A stretch of 64,000 nucleotides of DNA from Octopus sinensis (GCF_006345805.1 NC_043001.1:124868001-124932000); one strand, 5' to 3'; shown: positions 1 to 13,380, counted from the stretch's first letter. A program made the numbers and translations. Notes: a model not told the origin generated them from the letters alone.

Positions 1-41
<41 letters not shown>

Positions 42-447
42 TGAATACTTCAACACAAAAACAAAGAAGAGTAGGTGGGAGGGAAAGGAAAAGAGAAACA
101 ACATACAAAAGAAATAGAAAATCTACGGAGTGAAAAACGAAAAACAAAAAAATACCAGAAAGCAACGCGTGCAGTCTGATTTGACCGTTGACGTTTTTCA
201 AATGGATGCGTAACTAACAAGTATAAGAGCAGGTGTGGGTAAGTATGAAAGTACGCGCGTGATGGCGCCACAGTCGTTGACGTTGTTTTTGCTATTGCTA
301 TTGTTGTTGCTGTTGTTATTGTTGTTGTTGTTGTTGTTCACTGCTGTTGTAGTTGTTCGGCTTCACTGTGTGATAAGTTATGTAAGTACCTGCCGGGCAA
401 TGGATAATTTTCCCTTATCTCATTAGTCCTAAAACACACAAAAGATA

Positions 448-486
<39 letters not shown>

Positions 487-639
487 GTGTATGGAAGTGT
501 ACGCCTATGTATGTATGTATGTATGTATGTATGTATGTATGCGTGGGCACGGGTTTGTGTGTTTGTGTGTGTGTGTGCGAGTGAGTGAGTATTCTTATCG
601 TACATAAAAGTATAGGAAGATAGCCATTATGTATAGAAT

Positions 640-1012
640 TACGTAGTTTTCAATGTATGCATTATTTTCACACGTACATATGTATGAATGCATGTACGTA
701 TATGTGTGTGTGTGAGCGTGCGTGTACTTACATATACACATACATACATACATACATACATACATACATACATACATACATGCATACATACATACATACA
801 TACACACTCACACACATACATACATACATACATACATACATACATACATACGTACGTACATACATACATACATACATACATACATACGTACGTACATACA
901 TACGTACGTACATACATACATACATACATACATACATACATACATACATACATACATACATACATACATACATACATACATACATACATACGTATACTTA
1001 CTCACATATACG
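640..1012. repeat. (TACA)n/(CATA)n tetranucleotide microsatellite tract
   Basis: Direct reading; explains the MYVC/HTYI pseudo-ORFs in the track. Confidence 0.95.
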
Positions 1013-1215
1013 CTTTTAATTAGCTATCGACGTATGTTGCTTCCTCTATTCTTGCGTAGATTCTTTTTAATACATAGCGAAGTTCTTTCCGGGTAATTTT
1101 TTAACCTTCTAACACTAAGATGCAAAGTTTAACAAAGCGAAGACACTTAGCCAAGTCTGATCTTCATAATAATAGTCAATTACGTACGGTATTGTGTTTA
1201 ATATTTGATGAACTC

Positions 1216-1610
1216 AAAGGCAGTGATGTGGCAGACTCGTTAGCACGCCGGGCGAAATGCTTAGTGGCATTTCGTCTGCCGTTACGTTCTGAGTTCAAAT
1301 TCCGCCGAGGTCGACTTTGCCTTTCATCCTTACGGGGTCGATAAATAAAGTACCAGTACGCACTGGGGTCGATATAATCGACTTAATCCGTTTGTCTGTC
1401 CTTGTTTGTCCTCTCTGTGCTTAGCCCCTTGTGGGTAGTAAAGAAATAGGTATTTCGTCTGTCTTTATGTTCTGAGTTCAAATTCCGCCGAAGTCGACTT
1501 TGTCTTTCATCCTTTCGGGGTCGATAAATTAAGTACCAGCTGCGTACTGGGATCGATCTAATCGACTGACCCTCTCCCCCAAAATTTCGGGCCTAGAGTA
1601 GAAAAGAATA
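1216..1610 (+). mobile_element. tRNA-derived SINE, family A (octopus OK-like), with an internally duplicated ~182-bp core
   Basis: A-box-like TGGCAGACTCGTTAG and B-box GAGTTCAAATTCC; core starting (C/T)ATTTCGTCTG occurs at 1269 and again at 1451; same sequence at 3323-3647 and 31325-32066. Confidence 0.85.
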
Positions 1611-1824
1611 ATAATTCAAAATGTGTCATTGATTTTTCGCTTCTAGCTTCAGTGATATTAATCCGTTTACATTCACTTAACTTGGTAGGGCAAAACAACC
1701 TATAGAATATTACTTAAAATAAAGACGAAAAAAATAAAACTATTTAAGACAATGTCTCATGCTGGGAAGCTCAATGACTGAAATAAATAAAGGAATAAAA
1801 TGACATATATGTAATATATATACA

Positions 1825-3022
1825 CATGGGGTGTTCATTAAAGACTTACCCTGACCCACCTCCCAATGACTGGGCTAAACGAAACTTGGCATAATTATCA
1901 GTCCTCTACATAGCCAACACATATGGTGACACACTTCTCCATCGCTTTATGCAGCTGTGATGACCTCGTCTATAGAAGTCGGTATGTTGCGTCTGGAACC
2001 AAGACTTTACCTCAAAAATAAGTTCATCATCATCCGAAAAGTGCTTCCCCTTCAAAGTAAATTTCATGGTTGGAAAGAGATGGAAGTCGGATGGTGCGAG
2101 GTTGGGAGAGTAAAGGAGATGAGGAAGGATTTCATAGCCGTGGTAGTGTGCTTTCATCTGGTCAACATGCCTTTTGTGAACTGCGGTGTTGTCTTGGAGG
2201 AGGCGGATTCCTTTGCTCAGAATGCCATGCCTTTCTGCTTTGATGAAGTCCCGCAATTTCCGCAGCAGAGAAACATAATATGCCCCATTAATTGTTGTGT
2301 CCTTTGCCAGGAAATCCATCATCACTACTCTGCGCTGGTCCCAAAAGACTGTGAGCATCACTTTGCCTGCTGAAGGTTGGACACCAGCCTTCTTTGGAGG
2401 TGGTGAGTCATTATCTTCCATTGCTTCCACTGGACTTTAGTCTCAGGATCATAGTGACGGATCAATATTTCATCCTGTGTGATAAGTCTGCCGAAAAATT
2501 CCTCCTCGATTTCTTGGCACATTGCCAAAAGAGCCTGGGAGCAATTGACAACTTCTGCATGTGCAAAATGGTCGTGAATGATTTTTTTCCCTTCTTGGGC
2601 TAGTTGCCGAATAGTTATGCGGCCATCCTCCAAAACGGCGGTTTCCACTTTATGGATGGTGTCTTCATCAATGGCGGAATGTGGCCATCCAGGAATAGGA
2701 GCTGTTTACGCCCATGTCCGACTACATTTGAACTGGCGATGCCAGTGCTTGACTACATCGTATGATGGTACATCGTCACCATAAACTTCTTTAATTTCAT
2801 CGAAAGTCTTTTTTGGTTTAACCTAATCACTGCTCTGCCTTCAACTGCCTCCATTATAATACCTTAGTCCATTTCAGCAGCCGTAAAAGACAAACGGATA
2901 CTAGTAGAAAGCTGCAATTTATAATGCGATATGTAGAGACATGTATGGTTATACTTGTACAAGTTCCGTTTCCTGCAATAACCAGAAGTGGATCTGGAAA
3001 AATCTTTAATGAACACTCCTCG
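1825..3022 (-). mobile_element. Mariner (DD34D) DNA transposon, near full length, decayed
   Basis: Imperfect TIRs CATGGGGTGTTCATTAAAGA (1825) and its inverse ending 3022, followed by TA; ~1.2 kb; transposase remnants inside. Confidence 0.9.
1906..2854 (-). pseudogene. Mariner transposase pseudogene (frameshifts and stops)
   Basis: KTFDEIKEVYGDD HTH region, GKVMLTVFWD, LLQDNT, YSPNLAPSDFHLF (mariner YSPDLAPSD motif). Confidence 0.92.
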
Positions 3023-3322
3023 TATGGTATATATGATATATAATACATACATACATACATACATACATACATACATACATACATACATACATACATACAT
3101 ACATACATACATACATACATACACACACTTATAAGAAAAGTTTCCACACAATTTTCGTTTACAAAATTCACTTAGAAAGTTTTGGTTAGCCCAGGTTTAT
3201 AGTAGAAGACACTTGCCCAAGGTGCCTGTTTCTACTAGCCCATGTTTATGGAGAGCTGTCGTCAGCTCGCTATGAAGAAAGAAGCAATGTCATCACAGTT
3301 CACCAAATACTGGTTTCTAATT

Positions 3323-3647
3323 TTGGCAAAAGGCCAGCAATTGTGGACTGGGAATAAATCGATTAGATCGACCCCAGTGTTCAAGTGGTTCTCGTTTCAC
3401 CGACCTCGAAAGCATGAAAGATAAAGTCGGAATTATTCAGAATCTAAAGTCGGACGAAATACCTATTTCTTTACTACCCACGAGGGGCTAAAAACACAGA
3501 CAGGACAAACAAGGACAGACAAACGGATTAAGTCGATTATATCGACCCCAGTGCGTAACTGGTACTTTATTTATCGACCCCGAAAGGATGAAAGGCAAAG
3601 TCGACATTTCGCCCGGCGCGCTAACGTTTCTGCCAGCTCGCCGCCTT
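3323..3647 (-). mobile_element. SINE family A copy
   Basis: Reverse complement matches 1216-1610, including head AAGGCGGCGAGCTGGCAGAAACGTTAG. Confidence 0.85.
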
Positions 3648-4539
3648 ATTTTGAATTATTATTATACAAGTTGATAAGTGTTCGAAAGGCTGCGTTAGGT
3701 GAATCACTGTTGACTTAACTGGAGTAACTACAGACACAATAATGAAGAAATGAAGAATAGTGAATGAACGATTAAGTCACTTTTGAAATGAATTCAATAA
3801 ACCAAGTCTCAACGAAAAGGATTTTTCTCGCTGTTAATATATAGGTCTTTTCCCTTCCTCTTTTACTTCTCCCTCACTAAACCGAACACGCCAACAAGAT
3901 TTACATTGTGAGAGAGAAGCCTAAATATGATTGAATTTCGAAACGGGTAGGGAAGGAAATATTGACCGCCAAAAAGAAGAAAACCTGATTACTACTGTTC
4001 GACAAGAGACTTCTCTTGGCTACTTGACAGCAAGACGTATAATCTTCTTGTCATAACGTTCACGAAATAATGAAAGATTGCGTAGACCTTTACCTTATAT
4101 GCAATCCCAACTGTCAAACAAGTGTGAACTTCGAAATCTTTTTTAGATTTCTGAATATATTTCTCATTTTCACACCTGTCTCGTATTTTCAGTAACGTGC
4201 TCACAAATATCCTCTCTTCCACTTTCTTTCTATCCTACCACATTGGAACTCCTGTGCGCACGCGTGAGTGTAAGTTTGTGTATACACGCATATATATATT
4301 TACATATATGTATTATATGTACATACATACGTATTGTGAAGTCCCAGTCAACTAGACCTTCTCGATAAATTTTTCTCTACACTCAGTAGAGTTAGCCAAT
4401 CTATGAATGAAGCATCGTTATTCTTAAACTTGCTTTAAACTTAACATACATCCCTCCCACATATATCAAGATATGTGAGTATGTGTGTGTGAGTGTGTAT
4501 TTGTGTGCGTGTCTGTGAATGTATTAATGTCATATATAC

Positions 4540-4646
<107 letters not shown>

Positions 4647-4906
4647 TATGTGTACATATATATACACATATATGCATGCACACATACATATATGCATGTA
4701 TATACAATGGAATTCCGTTGGTTTCGATTAGTGTTTAGTTATTCGACCTGCTGAACTATCTATTTCTTGAATTAATGTGTAAGTGACTGAGTGATCTACA
4801 CACACACACACGCGCACACACACACGCACGCACACACACACACAATCTCGCACGCACAAACAAACACATGCGCACAAGCACACATTTTATGCATATACAC
4901 GTGTGC

Positions 4907-4939
<33 letters not shown>

Positions 4940-5583
4940 TGTGTGTGTGTGTATGTGTGTGTGTATGGGTGTGTGGGTGTGGGTGTGGGTGTGGGTGTGT
5001 GTGTGTGTAGTTGAATTTACAAAGAAGAAGAAGAAATATATAACAGATACTTCTATCTCTGAAAAGTATCCTAGCTGTATAGAGTAGATGTGAGTAATTG
5101 TAGTATTGAAGTCATTCTACGTTAGTACTCGGAGTTTCGCGTATATCGCTGATCGCATAACAGAGTAATAATGCAGAAAACATAGTATTCAAATCATAAA
5201 ATATCGATAAGTAATCAATTACTGAATAATAAATGCATCAACTGAAAAATAATTAAAAACGTATGGTGTGAGAATATTTATTTTACGAGTGTCTATGAAG
5301 GAGAGAATGTTTGTACGCGTGTGTTTTTATGCCTAATTCCTTATCTAAGTAGCTATCTTCGTATCTTTGTATGCATATTTTTATCAGTCAATTTATCGTT
5401 GTATCTGTCTGTCAATCTGCCCGTTTACTTTTTCATTCGCTAATGTTTCACAAATGAAAAATAATGAGTTGAGAAACTGTCATAAAACCGATCGTACTCT
5501 TACAATTAAACGACAAAATTTCCCATCGCGGTTGTGTAAATCTAAAAAGTATCAAGCGAGAAAAATAACTTTAATGATATGTA

Positions 5584-6400
5584 CTGGGTGACCCAGAAAG
5601 ATTTACCGATGATTAAAAAAAAACTCGAGAATTATTGGATAAAACAATTATACTGTTGATTGCGCACAGTAATTCGTGTATGTTTAAGTTTTAAGTGTGC
5701 CCAGTTTTGTTTGTCTATACTAACTTGATCAATAAATATGGCGTCTCAAGTTAAAAGTGATCAAATTGGATTAAAATCAGCAGCAAAATTTAATAACAAT
5801 ATTGCAAAACAGCTCAATGTGTGTTTTAAAATTATGTTTAATGTCTGGAAACTTTAGAATCAATCAGGCATGACATCAAGCAAGTCAGAACTGTTCGCAC
5901 TAAACATATGATTGATACTGTGCGAAAGTAAGTTCGCAGGAATCCTCGTGGGAACATGTGAAAAATGGGTTAGAGAGCTTAATATTTAAAAAATCTTCGA
6001 TGCACAGGATTGGAAAAGAGGATTTCAGACCAAGGGCATACAAAAAAGCAACCCAGACAAATACTTTCAGTAGTTTCGAAGAAAAAAATGGCTCGACAGG
6101 GAGAATAATGTTAACGGAGATGAACAGCGCCATAAGCAAAATCTTCGTTTGGATTAATTAGATCTTCACTGTGGAGACTGTCATGAACAAACAGAATGAC
6201 TAGCTGTATGCTAATGATGCTTACGGCTTGCCTGAAGTGAGCTGAGCCCATTTTCGTCGTCAGAAACCAGCTGGGGTTGTGGTGTGAGCTGCCGTAGCAT
6301 CTGAGAGATCTAAGTCTCCTTTGATCTTCGTTATCGAGGGTGTTAATATGAATAGCACAGTTTACGTCAAAATGTTCGAATAAAACGTGCTGCCTTGGTT
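5584..6400 (+). mobile_element. Truncated Tc1/mariner-superfamily (maT/DD37D-like) transposon with decayed transposase
   Basis: TA-CTGGGTGACC start; ATG at 5738; piecewise translation TVRTKHMIDTVRK..RRNPR, SSMHRIGKEDF, IFTVETVMNKQND, RRQKPAGVVV, SKSPLIFVIEGVNMNSTVY resembles DD37D transposases; ends at the SINE at 6407. Confidence 0.65.
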
Positions 6401-6406
6401 AAATTC

Positions 6407-6786
6407 GATGGAAGCACTCCGTCGGTTACGACGACGAGGGTTCCGGTTGATCCGAATCAACGGAACAGCCTGCTCGTGAAATTAACGTGTAAGTGGCTGA
6501 GCACTCCACAGACACGTGTACCCATAACGTAGTTCTCGGGGATATTCAGCGTGACACAGAGAGTGACAAGGCCGGCCCTTTGAAATACAGGTACAACAGA
6601 AACAGGAAGTAAGAGAAAGTTGTGGTGAAAGAGTACAACAGGGATCATCACCATCCCCTGCCGGAGCCTCGTGGAGCTTTAGGTGTTTTCGCTCAATAAA
6701 CACTCACAACGCCCGGTCTGGGAATCGAAACCGCGATCCTAAGACCGCGAGTCCGCTGCCCTAACCACTGGGCCATTGCGCCTCCA
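6407..6786 (-). mobile_element. tRNA-derived SINE, family B, full length
   Basis: Head GGAGGCGCAATGGCCCAGTGGTTAGG (A box) ... GGTTTCGATTCC (B box); near-identical copies at 42717, 62336 and 63339. Confidence 0.92.
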
Positions 6787-7689
6787 CTATACAGTCCTAC
6801 ATATACTGTGTCTAATAATAGACGATATATTTAAGGCCGGAACCCTTTCACTATAGGTCTATCGAATTTGATCAGATCTTTGTTAAATAACGTCAACTAC
6901 GAAAGAATTTGAGATCTGTGACAATAAATAGTGACATTGTTTTAATTTCGTTTAATTAACATTATAACCGACTTCTATCCGCATTACTTGTGTATTTCGG
7001 TCTTTCGTGGGAAAGAAAGATTTATTGTAATTTCTTATTTATTGTCTTCTATTATAAATCCATTCACATGAGAATATTTATTCGACCTCGGTATATGATT
7101 GATATTTCATTATATGTCCCTTCCGCCACTTAGAAGTATAACAAGCAAAGTTGGCCTGGGCGGATTTGATCTCAAATCATGAAATATAAAAAAGGCCATC
7201 ACTAAACACTGCAAGGCATTTGGTCATGTGTTGTATTCAAGAAGTAATTTACCATATCGCCTTGTAGATTTTTTTAAAGGTCAATTAAGCTGTTATTGCG
7301 GTACCATTTAAAACGTAACTAAACACGGCAACTTAAACACAGAGAGAGAGGGGAGCGAGAAGGAGGAAGAGTGGGAGAGAAACAGACAGAGGTGGAGGAG
7401 AGAGTTTACTATAGGTTGTATACATATGCGTTAACACGTCTTAAGTCAACATATAGTTTGCCTTGGCTGTTATAAATTATAGCGAACTGTTGACAGGGAA
7501 GAATTTATCTGCGGGGGATGTATAGTAATTTCAAGCAATGATCGTTTGTTTGTTTGTCTACGTATGTACGTATGTATGTATTATGTATGTGTGTGTGTAT
7601 ATATGTATTTATGTTTGTTTGTATGAATGTATTAACATATAAATATATGTACATACATATATCTGCATATGTATATACACGTATATATA

Positions 7690-7716
7690 TAGATATATAC
7701 ATATATATATTTACAG

Positions 7717-7749
<33 letters not shown>

Positions 7750-7834
7750 ATATATATATATTATATATATATATATATACATATACCTATATACATACAT
7801 ATATATGTGTATATATATATACACACACACACAC

Positions 7835-7921
<87 letters not shown>

Positions 7922-7934
7922 ATATACATACATA

Positions 7935-7966
<32 letters not shown>

Positions 7967-8000
7967 CATGCATATATATGTATATGTGTGTGTGTGTGTC
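7690..8000. repeat. (TA)n-rich compound microsatellite
   Basis: Direct reading; one of many such tracts (also 18190-18560, 24050-25240, 54910-55320). Confidence 0.95.
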
Positions 8001-8004
8001 TGTA

Positions 8005-8203
8005 TTGGGCTGGTGCATAATTATTGTGGCTTTTTTTCAACAAATTTTATTCAACAAAAACAATCACAACATGTAACAGAAACATCTTCAAATGGCTATT
8101 CCGGAGCATGTTCACCATCTACTTCAATTACTACTTGCCATTTAAAGATGTTTTTGTTAAATATTGTTATTGTTTTTGCTGAATAAAATTTGTTGCAACC
8201 CAA
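8005..8203. mobile_element. Mariner-derived MITE
   Basis: TA-flanked TIRs TTGGGCTGGTGCATAATT / ...GTTGCAACCCAA resembling Hsmar1-type TIRs; minus strand retains transposase C-terminus [16 protein letters not shown]. Confidence 0.8.
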
Positions 8204-8265
8204 TATATATATGAGAGTATTGTAGTTCGCCTGAAGCATTGTGCATTGTTTGTAACGAATAAAAT

Positions 8266-9008
8266 GTTTTGAATGGTACAACAATGCACTATAATACAAT
8301 GGACTATATATGTACCTGTTATAATTTAGACATCCATCTGTAACAATGTAAAAAAAATGCAATGTAAAAAAAAGTTTTATGTGGGTAGCACAAGACCGTT
8401 ACACGTCCGCATCAAAGAACATCTGAACACGAGAGCCTCCTCCTTCAGAAAACATCTAGACAGATGCCGGTACACCGACAAAAGCATAACAGTCACAGCT
8501 GAGGCCAATGAAAGAAATTTTGGTAATTTAAGAATTAAGGAAGCTATACTCATACACAGACCAGGGCCCCAAATTAGCAACAGGCTGCAGGCTGGTAATC
8601 AATATATTATTTAGCTAAATCTGGATGCGTGTAGATTCATTTTTGATAATATACTCATCTGTAGTTTATAACAAAAAAAGAAAGAGAAAAAAAAGAAAGG
8701 AAAAAATGAAGCTGCACGTATAATATGTAACTTAGAAGCAGCACTAGAGATGTGCCAACACACACGAGATTGAGACATGGCCGATCTCACACATTTCTCA
8801 TGAGGAATTCCGGAAGGATCTTCGTATGACCACTGCTGAGACGCTTCAAAAAAAGTAATAAAGAAGAAAAGCCGTTGGAAAATCGATTATAGCAGCGACT
8901 TCATCTAAGAATATCTGAAGAAGGAATTTAATTCCGAAATATCATATCAGACTATGGATGACTTAGTACATTGTTTGTATTATAGTGCATTGTTATACCA
9001 TTCAAAAC
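8266..9008 (+). mobile_element. Penelope-like element 3' fragment (GIY-YIG endonuclease) bounded by a 34-bp inverted repeat
   Basis: ORF 8357-8614 FYVGSTRPLHVRIKEH...NLRIKEAILI (YIG/R/E motifs); 8266-8299 is the reverse complement of 8975-9008 (33/34 match); degenerate hammerhead core at 8915-8939. Confidence 0.8.
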
Positions 9009-9019
9009 TTGTTATTCCT

Positions 9020-9050
<31 letters not shown>

Positions 9051-9364
9051 ATATAACCTTACAGTAGTCTGAAACAACTGAATCTTAGTCAGTCAGTTGA
9101 TGGGCTGCACTATCTCAAATGTTCTTAAAATTTAAATCCACATCTTTGTCTATATATCTACCTTCTCTATAATGTTGCCACTTGATATGAAAATTTTTGT
9201 ATTAATAGAAAACCTCTATAATTGGCTGATGAGTGCTCAGCATTTTAAAACTGTTGCAATACTTACAACATTTAATAAAATGATGTAGTACGAGACGATC
9301 GTACCAAATTACCGGAGTCATTCTTGTTGCTTATTTTGAATATATATAGGTATGTATATACTTT

Positions 9365-9543
9365 ATTATTAAAGCTGCAAAAACATCAGAAATGTCACAA
9401 AAAACTGCTACTCATGGTTTCACGTTCCCGTTCGTCGGACAGTTTTGAACGAGATTCACAATCAAAACTGTCCGACGAACGGGAACGTAAAAAAAGTAGC
9501 AGTATATTGTGATCTTTTGTAATGTTTTTGCAGCTTTAATAAT
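9365..9543. repeat. Fold-back hairpin with a perfect 27-bp inner stem
   Basis: 9422-9448 ACGTTCCCGTTCGTCGGACAGTTTTGA pairs with 9462-9488; outer ATTAAAGCTGCAAAAACAT pairs with ATGTTTTTGCAGCTTTAAT. Confidence 0.9.
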
Positions 9544-9650
9544 TAAGCATATTACTCTACCTCCGGTATTCGATTACTACTTTTTCGCACCTTGTTTCAC
9601 ATTTAAGTGCTTACTCTGGTGTGTGTGTATTTATTTTTGCTTGCAACGGG

Positions 9651-9703
9651 CGTATCTCCAGCTGCTTCAGATGCCAAGATATCAAAAAATTGTCAAAGTG
9701 TAG

Positions 9704-9747
<44 letters not shown>

Positions 9748-10262
9748 GGGTACAGAAATTCAGGGTGAGTACTTGATAATTGTAAGCACCTGTATATACC
9801 GTTTGGTGGTGTAGGTGGTGGAGTAAATTAATCAAAATAAAAACACGAGATGGACACTTCATTTTTGTGCTGGTGCCGCATTATGTCGTACGCGAATGAG
9901 AGGATTTGCATCCCCAACGTAGAATTTTTGATGTAACACATGTCCTTGAGGTAGTAATTGTGCGCGGCTGAAGAAGGCCATAGACGCACATTATGCATTG
10001 TTATAAATCCGTCTAATAAAGGCCCGAAACATATGTACCGCTGAATCCTTGGCATCATGTTTTTATTTTGATTTATATATATATTATATATATATATATA
10101 TATTATATATATATAATCGTTACTATTATGAAAAAGTGTCTTAATTCCAAAACGTTGCTTTATAGAAAACGAAAAAAATAGCTTCACCATTCCATAGTAA
10201 AACCGTTATACCACACTTTGACAATTTTTGATATCTTGGCATCTGAAACAGCTGGAGATGCG
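9651..10262. mobile_element. Inverted-repeat-bounded element (~57-bp arms) with a nested hammerhead-bearing segment
   Basis: 9651-9707 vs reverse complement of 10207-10262: 3 substitutions and 1 indel; inner segment ~9745-10075 is flanked by (TA)n on both sides. Confidence 0.75.
9964..10041 (+). ncRNA. Type I hammerhead ribozyme motif, intact core
   Basis: Stem I GCGG/CCGC; CUGAAGA; stem II GGCC..UAGACG/CGUCUA..GGCC; GAAA; palindromic stem III ACAUAUGU; GUA cleavage triplet. Confidence 0.8.
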
Positions 10263-10549
10263 ATAGTTTGACTAAAAGAGCCAGCTATTGCAAGCAAAAA
10301 TAAATATTGAAAAAAGCGCATTGGCCAAATCTAGACGTACGATAGTTTAACATAATAGCAACGATATACATATGTCTATGTGTGTGTGTATATATATATG
10401 TATATGTGTGTGTGTGTGCATATATATATGTATATGTGTGTGTGTGTTGTGTGTATGTATAAATATATATATATACATACATCTATATATATATATATAT
10501 ATGTGTATAAATATATATATATATATATACATACATACATTTTTATATT

Positions 10550-10595
<46 letters not shown>

Positions 10596-11248
10596 ATTGT
10601 TTTTTTCTTTATCGTTGAAGCCGGTCTCTTCAAAGATTGGCACTTTTCTTTCACCGTATCTTCTTAAGTGCCGGGAAAATTAGCATTAGTTACTAACAGG
10701 TAGGTGGTTCACGGAGAATTCAAACAAAAAATAACTGATTTGGTAAGTGCTAATAATAACGATGAAATTGATAATGATGATGATGACAACGATGACGACT
10801 GTCATTATTGCACTTGCTCTGATACTTCGAGGGAGTTTGGAGGCTCCGGATCTGTGAGATTCTTTGTTTGCCCCTGGGTGGTGTTTCTCCCTCTATTAGA
10901 GATTTTGTTCAGAGTTTTGCAAATTGTTATTGTTTTACTGTTTACACGTTCCTATGTAAAAGCCCATTGTCTTTTGTCTTTGCAATGTCCTAAATATTGT
11001 TTCGCGGAACCCATAGCCAATATAGGAAGAGTTATTATTAGATTAAGTCTACTACTTCAAAACAGAAATAAGCATTTCCGGCGCTCCCACGCAGTTTCCA
11101 TCTACAAAATTTCATTCACAATACTTTGGTCAGTCCTTGACAATTATGTTCATGGTGCTGTGCCATGGAATTGAAACTGATATCTCATAGCTGTGAAATC
11201 ATACATTTCATCTTTCGTCCTGAACTCGTTGTATATATATATATAGAC

Positions 11249-11280
<32 letters not shown>

Positions 11281-11393
11281 TCACACGGGTATATCGAAAA
11301 ACTTGTTAATACAAAATGTATGGTAAATAAACATACGGTATTAACGTGTGTGTGTGTGTTGTGCTCGTATATATATATATGTATGTATGTATG

Positions 11394-11474
<81 letters not shown>

Positions 11475-11562
11475 ATATATATACATCAAAATGTGACCGC
11501 GTGTGTACCGTTGGCGATTTTTTTCCTCTGTCTTCCCTTCTCTGGATCTTTCCTTCTCCTAT

Positions 11563-11597
11563 GTTTCCGACGAAGAGCTCCGCTCGAAACGTTAAAC
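11563..11597 (+). ncRNA. Minimal hammerhead motif, CCGACGA core variant
   Basis: GUUU-CCGACGA-A-GAGC(UCC)GCUC-GAAA-CG-UU-AAAC. Confidence 0.55.
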
Positions 11598-11701
11598 CCT
11601 CCTTCTTCCCTTCCTTCCTTCCTGAGCGTCCAATAATACTATATTTGTTCCACGTCCTCGCGTTGTTGTGTTTTCTCTTTGTGTTTTCATATTTAGATTA
11701 A

Positions 11702-11828
11702 CTAGCTGCTAGTCACGTGACAGCAGCAGGCAGAACAGAAAGACAGCAAGATAGAGAGAGAGAGAGAGAAAGCGAAGGAGTCACACAGGTATATAGAAAA
11801 ACTATATACCCGTGTGACTCCCTCACTT

Positions 11829-11860
<32 letters not shown>

Positions 11861-11897
11861 CCTCTCTCTCTCTTGCTGTCACGTGACCCGCAGCTAG
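11702..11897. repeat. ~200-bp fold-back element with (GA)n/(TC)n arms
   Basis: Centre GGAGTCACACAGGTATATAG-AAAAA-CTATATACCCGTGTGACTCC; outer CTAGCTGC..GTCACGTGACAGCA pairs with TGCTGTCACGTGAC..GCAGCTAG; a left-arm copy lies near 11250-11300. Confidence 0.85.
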
Positions 11898-12738
11898 CTT
11901 CTCTAGCTCTTCAGCTCTTACACTGCTCTCGAGCTGACTCACAGATTCTGTCTCCGTCCTTTAGGATATTTTCTAAGCGTTACCCACTGTTTTCATTTGT
12001 TGGCCCTAAGGCTATATTTTGCTCCACTGTCCGTCCTTGTCCACCGCCCTAAATCACACTCTGTGTCAGTTTGCTTTGTTTTGTTTTGTTTGCTCTCGGC
12101 CCTGGATTCTCTGCAAAAAGAATTTTTGTGGACGGCGCCGATTGTGATGCTCTCAATCTTATCATTAAAGGTGCGAGACTGAGTGTTACCAACTGGATGA
12201 TAACTGATGAAGAATTAGGGACCTTCTGTGTTTTTTGTCTCCCGTCCGGTTTTACACTCAATATACGTTATGTTATATGTTTATTTACCATACATTTTCA
12301 TTTATATATATATATAATTATTATTTGAGGGAATATAAATCCAAACTTACAGGAAAAAAAAATTCAGTTTAGAAATACTAAATCAAATTTCACACAATAT
12401 AATATATATATATATTACTCTTTACTCATTTTACGAATGGTTATGGAAGACCAGTAGAATACGAAAGGAATTAAAGGGATCTATAGGCGAAAAAGGGTTG
12501 CAAACCACTGATTTAATGCATTCTTTTTTAAGTCGGTAAAGTGTTATTTGAGTAAAATTTGTCTATTAATTTTAGCAAATCGAATGATAGCGTATAAGAT
12601 CCCATATTTGTTCGAAAAACTGCCCTAAAAAATCTGTCTGAGGTTTTACGGTTTCTTGCTACTCCTCTGTTATTTGAATATTGATATCTAACAAACACAT
12701 GATGGTGGTGGGAATAATTAATTAAATCGATCTCTGTA

Positions 12739-13160
12739 TACTCTTTCTCTTTACTCTTTTACTTGTTTCAGTCATTTGACTGCGGCCATGCTGGAGCACC
12801 GCCTTTAGTCGAGCAAATCGACCCCGGGACTTATTCTTTGTAAGCCCAGTACTTATTCTATCGGTCTCTTTTGCCGAACCGCTAAGTGACGGGGACGTAA
12901 ACACACCAGCATCGGTTGTCAGGCAATGCTAGGGGGACAAACGCAGACATACAAACACATACACTTATATATATATATATATATACATATATACGACAGG
13001 ATTCTTTCAGTTTCCGTCTACCAAATCCACTCACAAGGCATTGGTCGGCCCGAGGCTATAGCAGATGACACTTGCCCAAGATGCCACACAGTGGGACTGA
13101 ACCCGGAACCATGTGGCTGGTTAGCAAGCTACTTACCACACAGCCACTCCTGCGCCTATA
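12739..13160 (-). mobile_element. tRNA/CORE-type SINE, family C (octopus OR2-like), with internal microsatellite
   Basis: Head TATAGGCGCAGGAGTGGCTGTGTGG, GGTTCAGTCCC B box, MIR-core-like ATCTTGGGCAAGTG, internal (TA)n, tail ...GAAACAAGTAAAAGAG. Confidence 0.9.
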
Positions 13161-13380
13161 TATAAATATTAGAAAAAAACCACCTTTTATCAATTCAAAA
13201 TGAATAATTAAATTACACCATCTAGAAAATTACATATAATAGAAATATTAATATTATAATAACAATAAAATATCAATGATTAAGTAAATTGCAAACAACT
13301 ATAAAAAACGTATATAATTGGTATAATTATATATGTATTATTTATTTTTTTGTAATTTACTTATATATAATATATATATA

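Noticed and set aside
9221-9265. CTGATGAGTGCTCAGCAT hammerhead-like motif; also the minus-strand motif near 59580-59615
   Set aside because: GAAA or stem I/III is broken; too decayed to count.
10704-11174. 156-aa plus-strand ORF
   Set aside because: Starts in a (GAT)n tract, has no recognisable motif, and is probably antisense to repeat debris.
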